A DNA stretch of 64,000 nucleotides from a virus. Taxonomy: Duplodnaviria > Caudoviricetes. Position 1 is the stretch's first letter; each line of letters starts with the position of its first letter. Below, piece by piece: positions 9,456 to 18,354 of the stretch. The notes beneath the pieces are model-generated. The model was given only the letters and a program-made list of their open reading frames with translations. It searched no databases and had not been told where the DNA came from. The stretch is from the IMG/VR virus record IMGVR_UViG_3300035698_000655, positions 613 to 64,612 of that record, one strand, 5' to 3'. A program made the position numbers and the translations under genes.

Positions 9456-10559
9456 CTAAAATAAATCTATTTTTTCCCATGGCATATCTGGCTTACCAAA
9501 ATGTCCATAGTTTGTTGTTTTTGTTAAATCTAAATCAAATAATTCAAATTTGTTTATAATTCCAAGTGGAGTTAAGTCAACTTTGTCTCTGATCAAAAGT
9601 TCTAAGTCATTGCGAACTTTACCATCTGCATAGACATAAACACTAGTTGGTTCTTTTACTCCAATAGCATAGCTAAGTTGTATTGTGCAGTTATCTGCCT
9701 TACCACTTGCTACAATATTTTTTGCTAAATATCTTGCCATATATGCTGCTGATCTATCTACTTTAGTACAGTCTTTACCTGAGAAAGCTCCGCCGCCATG
9801 TGGAGAAGACCCGCCGTAAGTATCGACAATAATTTTTCGTCCAGTAACTCCAGTGTCTCCGTCTGGTCCGCCGATGACAAACCTCCCTGTTGGGTTTATG
9901 AGATACTCAGTTTTATCATCAATAGGCGCATTGCAATTTTCTAGTGATTGTATCACAAGAGATTTGATAGACCTTTTAATTGCATCTAGTGCGTATGCTC
10001 CCGTATGCTGACTACTACAAACTACCTTACTTATTCTAAGCGGCTTATGATTTTCGTCATATTCCATCGTAATCTGTGCTTTACTGTCAGGCTTTAGCCA
10101 GCTTTCAGTTTTATGCCTCTTCTCAGCTAAAAAACTTAAAATTTTGTGACTATAAAATAAAGCACTCGGCATATACTCCTCAGTTTCATTGCAAGCATAT
10201 CCAAACATCAGGCCTTGGTCCCCTGCCCCAAAGTCATCTGTGCCTAATGCAATATCTGCACTCTGTCCATGAAGTTCGTTATAAACTTTTACTGTGTTCC
10301 AATGAAAGTTTTGTTGATCATAACCAACTTGTTTGATAACATTTCTTACAATATTTTCAATATCAGATTTCTGCATTTCAACTGAACTTTTATATTCGCC
10401 GGCGACCGTTACCATGTTAGTAGTAACAAGAGTTTCTATGGCAGCTCTGTGAGTTTTATTTTTATCAATAATATGTGTAGCAATTGCATCAGATATTAAA
10501 TCTGAAAGTTTATCTGGATGGCCTTCACTAACACTCTCACTTGTGAATTCATAATTCAT
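9456..10559 (-). CDS. metK: S-adenosylmethionine synthetase
   Basis: FTSESVSEGHPDK, GAGDQG, GRKIIVDTYGG, GGGAFSGKD. Confidence 0.97.
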   Translation of the reverse strand: MNYEFTSESVSEGHPDKLSDLISDAIATHIIDKNKTHRAAIETLVTTNMVTVAGEYKSSVEMQKSDIENIVRNVIKQVGYDQQNFHWNTVKVYNELHGQSADIALGTDDFGAGDQGLMFGYACNETEEYMPSALFYSHKILSFLAEKRHKTESWLKPDSKAQITMEYDENHKPLRISKVVCSSQHTGAYALDAIKRSIKSLVIQSLENCNAPIDDKTEYLINPTGRFVIGGPDGDTGVTGRKIIVDTYGGSSPHGGGAFSGKDCTKVDRSAAYMARYLAKNIVASGKADNCTIQLSYAIGVKEPTSVYVYADGKVRNDLELLIRDKVDLTPLGIINKFELFDLDLTKTTNYGHFGKPDMPWEKIDLF

Positions 10560-10580
10560 TTATTTTTACCTCGTAGTATA

Positions 10581-10601
10581 AAGGAGGAGTTCCACCTCCT
10601 T
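10581..10601 (-). promoter_or_regulatory. hairpin AAGGAGG-N7-CCTCCTT upstream of metK
   Basis: Perfect 7-bp inverted repeat about 20 nt before the metK start. Confidence 0.5.
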
Positions 10602-10609
10602 ATCATTAG

Positions 10610-10789
10610 CTATTTTACAATTTTAACTGGAATTGGTGACTTCTTAATTGTAGGAAACTTGAAAGATGGATCAGTGTGATGAATTCTCCTACTCTTAGTT
10701 TCGTCAGAATGCCCTATACCCATCAGAAGAAGAGGCTCATTTTCTAATCCTAAAGCTTCTTGCATTGCAGCCGGATTAAAACAACCACA
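10610..10789 (-). pseudogene. C-terminal remnant of a nitroreductase-like gene, in frame after the TGA of the upstream ORF
   Basis: Reads CGCFNPAAMQEALGLENEPLLLMGIGHSDETKSRRIHH...FPTIKK; resembles the GCCxCF...LLMGIG nitroreductase C-terminus. Confidence 0.55.
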
Positions 10790-11461
10790 TCAACCTACTC
10801 GTATTGTGTCTAGTTTTTTTAAGAGTGTGTTTTTGTAATGGTCATCGAACAAGTGATACAATACTATTTGTTTTGTGTCTTTTATAACACATGTACCGTA
10901 TTTTGTCATTGGCTGTGTTCTTATACCAAGTTCTTTGTAATGTCTTACTTTGCAAACTCTACCGTTTACAATTTCTGTTTCAAAATAATAATTAGGATAG
11001 CGGTCAATATTTGTTGCTGAAACTATTTTGTTTGCTAATTTTAAATTATATTCTTCAAGTGTTATTATGCCGCCATTGTAGTTTTGCGTGAGAGCAACAT
11101 CTGCTATGTGTGAACCTAACATATTCACTGCGGTAAGTTGCTTTCTTCCTAACTTCTTTTCATGCCCAGGAATTGTATACAGCCTTGATTGCACATAAAT
11201 GCTAGAGTCCTCATCAAAAGGATAGTATCCGTGACCAGCAACGATTTCTCCATCCTCTCGATAGATGTAATATCCAGCTCTATCATCGTATCTTTTTTGC
11301 TTGTAGATACAATGTAAAAGTGAGTTGGGAGAATTCTCCCAATTATCTGGCTTGATATTTATAGCTGCAGGTCTTTCGTCCTGCTGTGCTGTTTCACAAA
11401 ATGGCATCAATTTTTCAATAGGATACTTGCTGGTTACCCTTTCAACTATTCTTTCTGTCAT
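10790..11461 (-). CDS. hypothetical protein (possible GNAT-like fold)
   Basis: 223-aa AT-rich ORF coupled to the nrdA stop (TAATG). Confidence 0.7.
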   Translation of the reverse strand: MTERIVERVTSKYPIEKLMPFCETAQQDERPAAINIKPDNWENSPNSLLHCIYKQKRYDDRAGYYIYREDGEIVAGHGYYPFDEDSSIYVQSRLYTIPGHEKKLGRKQLTAVNMLGSHIADVALTQNYNGGIITLEEYNLKLANKIVSATNIDRYPNYYFETEIVNGRVCKVRHYKELGIRTQPMTKYGTCVIKDTKQIVLYHLFDDHYKNTLLKKLDTIRVG

Positions 11462-13263
11462 TATCCCTCACATGCCAAACATTCATCATTATTTACCAGT
11501 GCTGTCATATCAAGTTCTTTGATAATCTGGCGCTCAATTTTATTAGACACTTTGTCTGCCTTGCCTAGTTTTTCTGAGCGACAGTAGTAAAGAGTCTTCA
11601 AGCCTTGTTTCCATGCCATATAATGGATAGCATGTAGGTACTTGATGTTAGAATCAGGACGGAAGAAGAGATTCAATGATTGTGCTTGGTCAATGAACTC
11701 TTGACGAGTAGCAGCGTGTTCAATAATCCATCGCTGATCAATTTCCATTGATGTCTTGAATACATCTTTATCCCAATCGTCTAAGAAGTTTAAGTGTTGG
11801 ACTGATCCGTCGTTTGAGATGATTGATGACCAGATTTCATCTTCTGCCTGTTTTGTTTCGCCAGCTTCAATCTTACTCTTAATGAGTTGTACCAGATACT
11901 TATTCTTATTGAGATAAGATCCAGATAAGGTATCCTGTCGGTAAGCATTCGCCCTAAAAGGCTCAATACTAGGTGAAGTGTTGCCCATAATAATACTACT
12001 AGAAGCATTGGGAGCAATAGCCATAAGATGACTAAATCTAATACCTCTTCCAGCAGCGTCTGGCGCTTCACCTCGTTCTGCACCCAACTCTTTGTTGGCT
12101 TCATCTAACTTTCCTCTGATGTGTTTGAACATATTTAAGTTCATGCCCTTTGCCATCGCACTTTCCCAAGGAATGTTTTTCTTCTGCAATGCGGCATGAA
12201 AACCTAGCGCACCGATACCAATACTTCGTTCTCGGCTTGCTGAAAATTTAGCACGAGCAACTTGATCAGGAGCATTGTCAATAAAAAATTGTAGAACATT
12301 GTCGAGCATTTCTGCCATATCTTTAAGAAATAGTCCATTCTTTTTCCATGAGTCGTAGTATTCTAAGTTCACAGACGACAAACAACAAACTGCTGTTCTG
12401 TCTTTGTTAGTAGGCAAAATAATCTCGGAACACAAATTCGATTGGTGAATTTTCAATCCTAGTTCTTTCTGCCACTCTGGTAGATGTCTATTGCTTGTGT
12501 CAATGAAGTGAACATACGGCTCACCTGTCTCCATACGAAGCTCTAATACTTTTTGCCAAAGACCACGAGCAGACACTGTTTCACGAATCTCACCTGAGTT
12601 AGGATCAATTAAGTTCCAGCCGTCATCTGCGGTAGGATCAGTCATGCATCGTTCAATGATTTCCATGAAGCGGTCAGAGATATTGATTCCGTGATGTAGG
12701 TTCAAGCATCGAACATTCGGATCACCTGTCGGCTTACGCATTTCAAGGTACATTAGAACATCTGGGTGAGATATATCCAAGTAAGTAGCGTAAGAGCCCC
12801 GTCTAGTGCGGCCCTGGCGATATGCGAGGCACGATGCATCGTAAGTCTTGAGGTGAGGCATAACACCCACAGACTTATCATCAGAGGAACGGATACCAAA
12901 ACCAATCCCAACACCACCGCCAAGCATAGATAGCCAATTTGTTTCAGAAAGATTTTCAACGAGACCCTCTGCTGTGTCATCAATGAAGTTTAGAAAGCAT
13001 GAGATAGGCATGCCTTTATTTGAGCGACCATAGGAAAGAATAGGGGTTGAATAAGATAGCCAATGCTTGCTGCTATAATCATACAATCTTTGTGCATGTT
13101 CTGGATTGCTACCGAACTTGCTACTCACATAAGCAAACCTTTCTTGAGGAGATTCTTCATCTTCTCGCATATAACTTTCTTTCAATCGAGCGAGACCCAA
13201 TTTATCAAACAATGCATCTCTGGCGTAGTCTATCTGTACGCCCATATATTCTTTCTTCGCCAT
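11461..13263 (-). CDS. nrdA: ribonucleotide reductase class Ia alpha subunit (short, no ATP cone)
   Basis: PISCFL, SNLCSEI, AVCCLSS, APNASSS, KTLYY, terminal CLACEG. Confidence 0.96.
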   Translation of the reverse strand: MAKKEYMGVQIDYARDALFDKLGLARLKESYMREDEESPQERFAYVSSKFGSNPEHAQRLYDYSSKHWLSYSTPILSYGRSNKGMPISCFLNFIDDTAEGLVENLSETNWLSMLGGGVGIGFGIRSSDDKSVGVMPHLKTYDASCLAYRQGRTRRGSYATYLDISHPDVLMYLEMRKPTGDPNVRCLNLHHGINISDRFMEIIERCMTDPTADDGWNLIDPNSGEIRETVSARGLWQKVLELRMETGEPYVHFIDTSNRHLPEWQKELGLKIHQSNLCSEIILPTNKDRTAVCCLSSVNLEYYDSWKKNGLFLKDMAEMLDNVLQFFIDNAPDQVARAKFSASRERSIGIGALGFHAALQKKNIPWESAMAKGMNLNMFKHIRGKLDEANKELGAERGEAPDAAGRGIRFSHLMAIAPNASSSIIMGNTSPSIEPFRANAYRQDTLSGSYLNKNKYLVQLIKSKIEAGETKQAEDEIWSSIISNDGSVQHLNFLDDWDKDVFKTSMEIDQRWIIEHAATRQEFIDQAQSLNLFFRPDSNIKYLHAIHYMAWKQGLKTLYYCRSEKLGKADKVSNKIERQIIKELDMTALVNNDECLACEG

Positions 13264-13920
13264 TTATAATTCCTCTACCGCTTTTGCTACATCTGGGAAA
13301 TGATGACTTATCACATTCCAACACTGTTCTGCAACTTCGATATGTTCTTTTTGTGTGCCATTTGACATTCTCAGTTTACAGTAATGTAACCACGACCTGA
13401 GAGTGCCTGACATGTATAATGTTGTTTCAGTATTGCCTTCTGGCAAAACCGCCCTTGCTTGTTCTTTTGCTATTCCATTTTCGAGTGCCCATTCGTAGAC
13501 ATCGTTTGCTGCGTTGATGACTGTCTTTTGCGCCATGTTCCAACTTTCTGCCAGTTCACGGTCTTCTGTGTCGATGCTGTTTTGACGATTCTTCTCGTCT
13601 TGAAGGCGACATTCCCTCGTTTCAAAGTTTGTTGATTTTGCATATCTTTGTGAGAATTCCTGGAAACTGAAACTACGATGTCTTAAAATCTGTCTAGAGA
13701 TGTCACGAGTAGTCGTAATCTCAATTGTGACAGAAACCATCTCAAATGGGCTCCAATGTTCATGTTTTATTAGATATCCTAGTAGTTTTGATGCGGTTTT
13801 GGGACTATTTTGATTGTCAGGGTTACTTACTCTTGCTGTGTATGCAATCAATTCATTGGCCGTATAACATCCAGTCGTGGCAGATGGCTGCGTCATTCCC
13901 ACTAAAGCTGCTGTACTCAT
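13264..13920 (-). CDS. thyX: FAD-dependent thymidylate synthase
   Basis: HWSPFE, RHRSFSFQEFSQRY, EQARAVLP, TQKEH. Confidence 0.96.
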   Translation of the reverse strand: MSTAALVGMTQPSATTGCYTANELIAYTARVSNPDNQNSPKTASKLLGYLIKHEHWSPFEMVSVTIEITTTRDISRQILRHRSFSFQEFSQRYAKSTNFETRECRLQDEKNRQNSIDTEDRELAESWNMAQKTVINAANDVYEWALENGIAKEQARAVLPEGNTETTLYMSGTLRSWLHYCKLRMSNGTQKEHIEVAEQCWNVISHHFPDVAKAVEEL

Positions 13921-14942
13921 TAACATTTTCTCCATGCTGTAAATTCAAGTTCTGCTTCAAGTCCTTCATAAGTATTACTATCTATAATATACTTAATATC
14001 ATCTTTTGTCAACCCAGAAAGTATCATATCGTTAATATCTTTCTCTTCAATATCACTTGGCCACAAACAGACTTTGTTGCCTGCTTTTATCTGTTTCTGT
14101 ATGAGAGCGCAGATTTCTTTGTTTCTAGGCTGATTATCGAATATTACTGTAAAATATGTAAGTCCAATTGAATCAATTTTATGAAACGATGATCCCGCTG
14201 CTGCAATTGAGTTATCGAGAAACAGACTATCAATAGGGCCTTCTACAATATAAACTTCCTTAGTCTTATCTATAACATCTAGACCAAAGATTGTAGGGAC
14301 ATCTTCCTTTATTTTAAGATTGATATATCTAAGATTTTCGCCTCGAATACCTCTCAATGCCATGCCAGAAATTTGTCCACTCTCTTCAATGAACGGCAGA
14401 GAAATTCTGGGCTGTTTTATATTTAGTGCTTTTGAGTATTTAGAATTTAGCTGAGACAGATTACGAATATCATCAACATAATACAGTCGATGAAACTGGC
14501 TTTCGGGTATCATTCGTTTTTTGACGTACTGAACTGCCTCATGATCAGACGGCAATGTGTCAAGTCTGTTCATGAGTCCGTCAATGATACTGAGTGGCTT
14601 GTCAAATTGAGGCTTAAAGTTAAACGCAAAATCTATGTTTTCTTTTTTCTTGACTACTGGTTCGTCTTTCTTGACAAACTTTTCTAGTACATATTCTTTA
14701 TATAATAGGGGATCAAGTGTCTCTAAGAATTTGCCAATAGTTGTGCCATAATCACAATTGTGGCAGCGATAAAACATGTTAGCTTCTTTCTTATAGAAGT
14801 AGCCACGAGCTTTATTTTGTTTGCCCGAAGAGTCTCCACAGATAATACACCGACAATTGAATAAATAATCGTCTTTGCGTTTGAACAAAGGAAGCCGATT
14901 AGATATCATGTTGATGTATTTGAGATCGATATAAAGAGACAT
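13920..14942 (-). CDS. gp61: DNA primase (gp61)
   Basis: CIICGDS...CHNC zinc finger; TOPRIM VEGPIDSLF, DNQPRN, KDINDM. Confidence 0.95.
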   Translation of the reverse strand: MSLYIDLKYINMISNRLPLFKRKDDYLFNCRCIICGDSSGKQNKARGYFYKKEANMFYRCHNCDYGTTIGKFLETLDPLLYKEYVLEKFVKKDEPVVKKKENIDFAFNFKPQFDKPLSIIDGLMNRLDTLPSDHEAVQYVKKRMIPESQFHRLYYVDDIRNLSQLNSKYSKALNIKQPRISLPFIEESGQISGMALRGIRGENLRYINLKIKEDVPTIFGLDVIDKTKEVYIVEGPIDSLFLDNSIAAAGSSFHKIDSIGLTYFTVIFDNQPRNKEICALIQKQIKAGNKVCLWPSDIEEKDINDMILSGLTKDDIKYIIDSNTYEGLEAELEFTAWRKC

Positions 14943-14971
14943 AAAAAAACCTATATGTTTAGTATAGGTTT

Positions 14972-15000
14972 ATTATAGTACATTAGTGTTGTGTTGTCAA
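14972..15000 (-). promoter_or_regulatory. sigma70-type promoter for the primase operon
   Basis: TTGACA-N17-TATAAT. Confidence 0.85.
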
Positions 15001-15006
15001 GCAATA

Positions 15007-15480
15007 TTACAATAGAACTGACCCTAGATTCACGCCGTTTCCTAATAAGACTCCACCGGCAAGGACTATACCGAGTAGAATCCAACGCCATCTTTCTAGT
15101 GCTGTGAGTCTATCTTCTAATTTTGACTGCTTGTCACCGAGGTGCGATTTGAGGTCTTTGATGGCCTCCAATACTTTATCGATTTCGTTTGACATTTTCT
15201 GTTCTATCTCTCTCGTATTCGTGGTGAGTCTTGAATGGAGGTCTTTAACTTCATCGTCAAACTTATCTTCTGCTTCGTCCATATCTTTTCTCAGCTCCTC
15301 AAAATGAACTTCACCATCTTTGAGACGCTGTTCATGTACTGCTAGTATCTGTCCGATGTTGTTTGATACATCGGCAATTTTATCTAATGCTGTTTCTAAC
15401 TTGTTAAGAAGTTGCCCAAATTGAGACACCTCATTTTTTATAACAGCAATATCTGTGTCTAGTGACTTAACTGTCGCCAT
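15007..15480 (-). CDS. coiled-coil protein with C-terminal TM helix
   Basis: LAVHEQRL...LERWRWILLG; conserved type in T4-like phages. Confidence 0.75.
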   Translation of the reverse strand: MATVKSLDTDIAVIKNEVSQFGQLLNKLETALDKIADVSNNIGQILAVHEQRLKDGEVHFEELRKDMDEAEDKFDDEVKDLHSRLTTNTREIEQKMSNEIDKVLEAIKDLKSHLGDKQSKLEDRLTALERWRWILLGIVLAGGVLLGNGVNLGSVLL

Positions 15481-15997
15481 TTTTCTTCTTCTTTTTTCTG
15501 CGTATCATTGGCATCATTACAGGATCACGACCAGGTTCACCCTTTGGTCCAATTCCTATTCCGTCAATACCACCGCCGCCTGCTGCGTTGGCTGCCACTT
15601 CTTCACCTAAAAAGGATTTGAATGACATGGTGTTATGCTCTAAAAGTTTTGATTCTGCGATTACTTTTTCGTCCGTCTCGTAGATAGTGAGTAGAATATC
15701 AAGTTCGGAATCAGTGTAATCTTTTACTTCTTCTTCTCTTAGTATACTAATTGCTGCTGCAAGTGTCAAGAGTCTTTTAGAATTTCTGTCAGGTGATTTT
15801 ATCAAAGCAGCTTGTACTTTAAATACAAACCGTTGAAGCATTGAGTATGCGTCTTTTTCTGTGGGCGTAACAGGTTTCTTGATTCGCTTGCCGTTAGCAT
15901 CAATAATACCAAGTTCATACGCCTTAGATTTCTCGACAGGTGTGGTTAACATCTTGAGAATTCTGAGTGTTATATATCCATCTGCCAATCTAGACAT
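15467..15997 (-). CDS. conserved hypothetical (probable virion) protein
   Basis: AYELGIIDANGK motif; FKSFLGEE..AN processing-like site. Confidence 0.7.
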   Translation of the reverse strand: MSRLADGYITLRILKMLTTPVEKSKAYELGIIDANGKRIKKPVTPTEKDAYSMLQRFVFKVQAALIKSPDRNSKRLLTLAAAISILREEEVKDYTDSELDILLTIYETDEKVIAESKLLEHNTMSFKSFLGEEVAANAAGGGGIDGIGIGPKGEPGRDPVMMPMIRRKKKKKNGDS

Positions 15998-16374
15998 TAA
16001 AGAGCCCTTAGTACTTTTATCAACTCATTATTGAGAGGTATATCTGTTTCTTTTATACCAGGTGAAACTACAGTTTCTAATGGCATTCTGTGTAAATACA
16101 CTAGATATGTTTTCAAGTCTGGCCAAAGTTCTTTTTCCAGTTTATAAAACAACATATCAGTCGTAGCTTCACCAAAGACATTATATAGAATTACCAGATG
16201 ATTTAACACTAGTCTTTCACTGCTTTCGCCTGTGTTTTTATATCGATTTAGAAGCCGCTTGACGTATTTAAATTTTTTCAAATCGTCTTCTAAATCTTTC
16301 ATGCCCATTGAACCGGGAGTATAATAATTTTTTACAGCATACAACAAAAAATTATCTTCATTTAATTCTACCAT
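15997..16374 (-). CDS. conserved T4-like hypothetical protein
   Basis: DLKKFKYVKRLL...ERLVLNHLVILYNVFG. Confidence 0.8.
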   Translation of the reverse strand: MVELNEDNFLLYAVKNYYTPGSMGMKDLEDDLKKFKYVKRLLNRYKNTGESSERLVLNHLVILYNVFGEATTDMLFYKLEKELWPDLKTYLVYLHRMPLETVVSPGIKETDIPLNNELIKVLRAL

Positions 16375-16383
16375 TATTTAATC

Positions 16384-16824
16384 CTATGCTACTGTAGCGG
16401 TACCTCCAATGAAATACCATTTGCTATTAGTATATAGAAGGGTTGCAGTCTCGCCTGCCGCATCAAAAGATATGTCGTTAGCGATAGTAGAATCCTGTAG
16501 TGTTACTGTTTGATTGCCCGTATTAGCAGTCATGATAACAATTTTAATCTGCCCATCAACGCCCGCAAGCAAAGTACAATTGCCGCTAGTTGAAAAATTG
16601 GACAAATATGTAATGTTAGTGGTTAAGATTATTGCACCGGGTGCAGTTTGCGTATTAGTATCAGTAATAGCAATCGTATCACTGAAACTAACAGGCGTGG
16701 CAACATCAGCAAACAAAGTAGCGACAGTCGTTTTCTTACTGTCACTACCTCTTACTGTATATAGTATATCAGTTGCAGCGGCCGTAGTGACCGCTGTTAG
16801 TTCTGATAATTTTGCATCTGCCAT
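16384..16824 (-). CDS. putative virion fibre/structural protein
   Basis: MADAKLSELT N-terminus, Thr/Ala-rich beta composition, GQIKIVI...LLY...W. Confidence 0.6.
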   Translation of the reverse strand: MADAKLSELTAVTTAAATDILYTVRGSDSKKTTVATLFADVATPVSFSDTIAITDTNTQTAPGAIILTTNITYLSNFSTSGNCTLLAGVDGQIKIVIMTANTGNQTVTLQDSTIANDISFDAAGETATLLYTNSKWYFIGGTATVA

Positions 16825-16855
16825 ATCAAATACTCCTTAAATTAAAAAGTATTTA

Positions 16856-17257
16856 TTACGAGTCTGGGAATTCAGTATCGTCATCATCAGCAGTAGCGAC
16901 AACTGTACCAGTACCTGCACCAACGCCTGTTGCGGTGAATACTGTATCTGGATCAGAGTCTGCTGCGCCAACTGCCGTGAAGTCTGTGTCGCCAGTAGTA
17001 AGAATCTTATATTCTGTTCCGATAACAAGTGCGCCGCCTGCTAAACCAACTGCTGCTTCATATACAGCATCAGTAGCTGCTGCGCCCATTGCTACTAGGG
17101 TTTCGTATTTCTTTCTTGAACCAACAACAGTCCTACGAACCCAGCCTGGCTGAGTAATACCTGGTGTGGCTGCTACTTCTGCTTCGTCAACCATAAAGAT
17201 TTCCGATGCGGGTACACCAGTAATTACTGGCTTAACTGATTTTGACCATGCGGACAT
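16856..17257 (-). CDS. putative virion structural protein
   Basis: PGWV...RKKYETLVAM and terminal DDDDTEFPDS typical of T4-like head/fibre proteins. Confidence 0.6.
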   Translation of the reverse strand: MSAWSKSVKPVITGVPASEIFMVDEAEVAATPGITQPGWVRRTVVGSRKKYETLVAMGAAATDAVYEAAVGLAGGALVIGTEYKILTTGDTDFTAVGAADSDPDTVFTATGVGAGTGTVVATADDDDTEFPDS

Positions 17258-18321
17258 TATAGTTCTCCTGTTGTTTTAAATTGTTCTATAATTTGATTAA
17301 GTTCTTTGTAGGCTTCAATCTTTTCTTTGACTGTGCCTTCGTTAATTGTCTTTCTAATAGCAGCAACTTGCTCTTGTACATCTTTCTTGGTAGGAGCCAT
17401 GCCCTTTTGAGCGCCTTTCTTTTGCATATCTGACTTAGCAGATCTCTCGGCATCTTTACCAGCTTCTCCGCTTTGTACTCTGTCAGCAGCACGGGCAACC
17501 ATTCGTAAACGGTCTGCTTTTTGCTGAGGAGTCATCTCTTCAAAAGTAAGTTCCACTTCTTCTTTCTTAATTGAAGCCATTCCTTTCTTAGCAAGATGCT
17601 TTGCCATGTTCTTAGGCTTGATAGTGTTGCCGTACTGATCTTTCTTCTCGTCACTTGTTTTTGTGTAAGGACCATCGAAAGGTGGCTTAGCTGCTTCATC
17701 TACAACAGCAAAGAATTCTTTTTTCTTTTCTTCCGGTAAGTCACGAATGTTTTCAATGCCGTAAAGCTCAAGAGCATTCTCAAAGATTTCTTTATAGCTG
17801 GCATTAATTTCAGCTACATCTTCATCGAGACCTGCTTTCTCTTTTTCTTTACGAATTTCTTTAGGAAGCATTCTGAACTTAGAACGGCTCTTGATAGAAA
17901 GTCTGCGGGCTTTGTTTTCTGCCGTTTTTCGCATTCTTTCTTCTTCACCAGGATCCATTGCTTCTTTCATATCCTTCTCTTTCTCTTTCTTCATAGCTTT
18001 TGTCTTCTTACCTTGTTCTTCTGGGCCGTCTACTATTTCAACGCCATCAACCATTTTCTCATCTAAGTCCACGGTAGTTTCCTCCGTTTGATATCTAGTT
18101 TTTTGTGTATGTAATTTGGCACGATTGAATGCAGTGTCATCTTTCAACATAATGTCAGTCATGTTGAACATATACTTCGATAACACATCTCTTTCAGTAG
18201 GCGTGAGTTGCTTGCCCATGTGAAGGCTGCTCATGGCAGTCATGAGAATAGGAAGTTTGCGACTCGGTACAATACCTTGCCGCACTAGTTGCTCTAATCG
18301 TTGTTTGTTTTTGTTGTCCAT
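17257..18321 (-). CDS. late, probably head-packaged hypothetical protein
   Basis: 354 aa, charged; late promoter 5 nt upstream; several L/I-x-E sites. Confidence 0.7.
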   Translation of the reverse strand: MDNKNKQRLEQLVRQGIVPSRKLPILMTAMSSLHMGKQLTPTERDVLSKYMFNMTDIMLKDDTAFNRAKLHTQKTRYQTEETTVDLDEKMVDGVEIVDGPEEQGKKTKAMKKEKEKDMKEAMDPGEEERMRKTAENKARRLSIKSRSKFRMLPKEIRKEKEKAGLDEDVAEINASYKEIFENALELYGIENIRDLPEEKKKEFFAVVDEAAKPPFDGPYTKTSDEKKDQYGNTIKPKNMAKHLAKKGMASIKKEEVELTFEEMTPQQKADRLRMVARAADRVQSGEAGKDAERSAKSDMQKKGAQKGMAPTKKDVQEQVAAIRKTINEGTVKEKIEAYKELNQIIEQFKTTGEL

Positions 18322-18326
18322 ACAAG

Positions 18327-18334
18327 TATTTATA
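18327..18334 (-). promoter_or_regulatory. late promoter (nearly leaderless transcript)
   Basis: TATAAATA-CTTGT-ATG. Confidence 0.75.
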
Positions 18335-18354
18335 ACAAAACAAACTTCAAGAAA

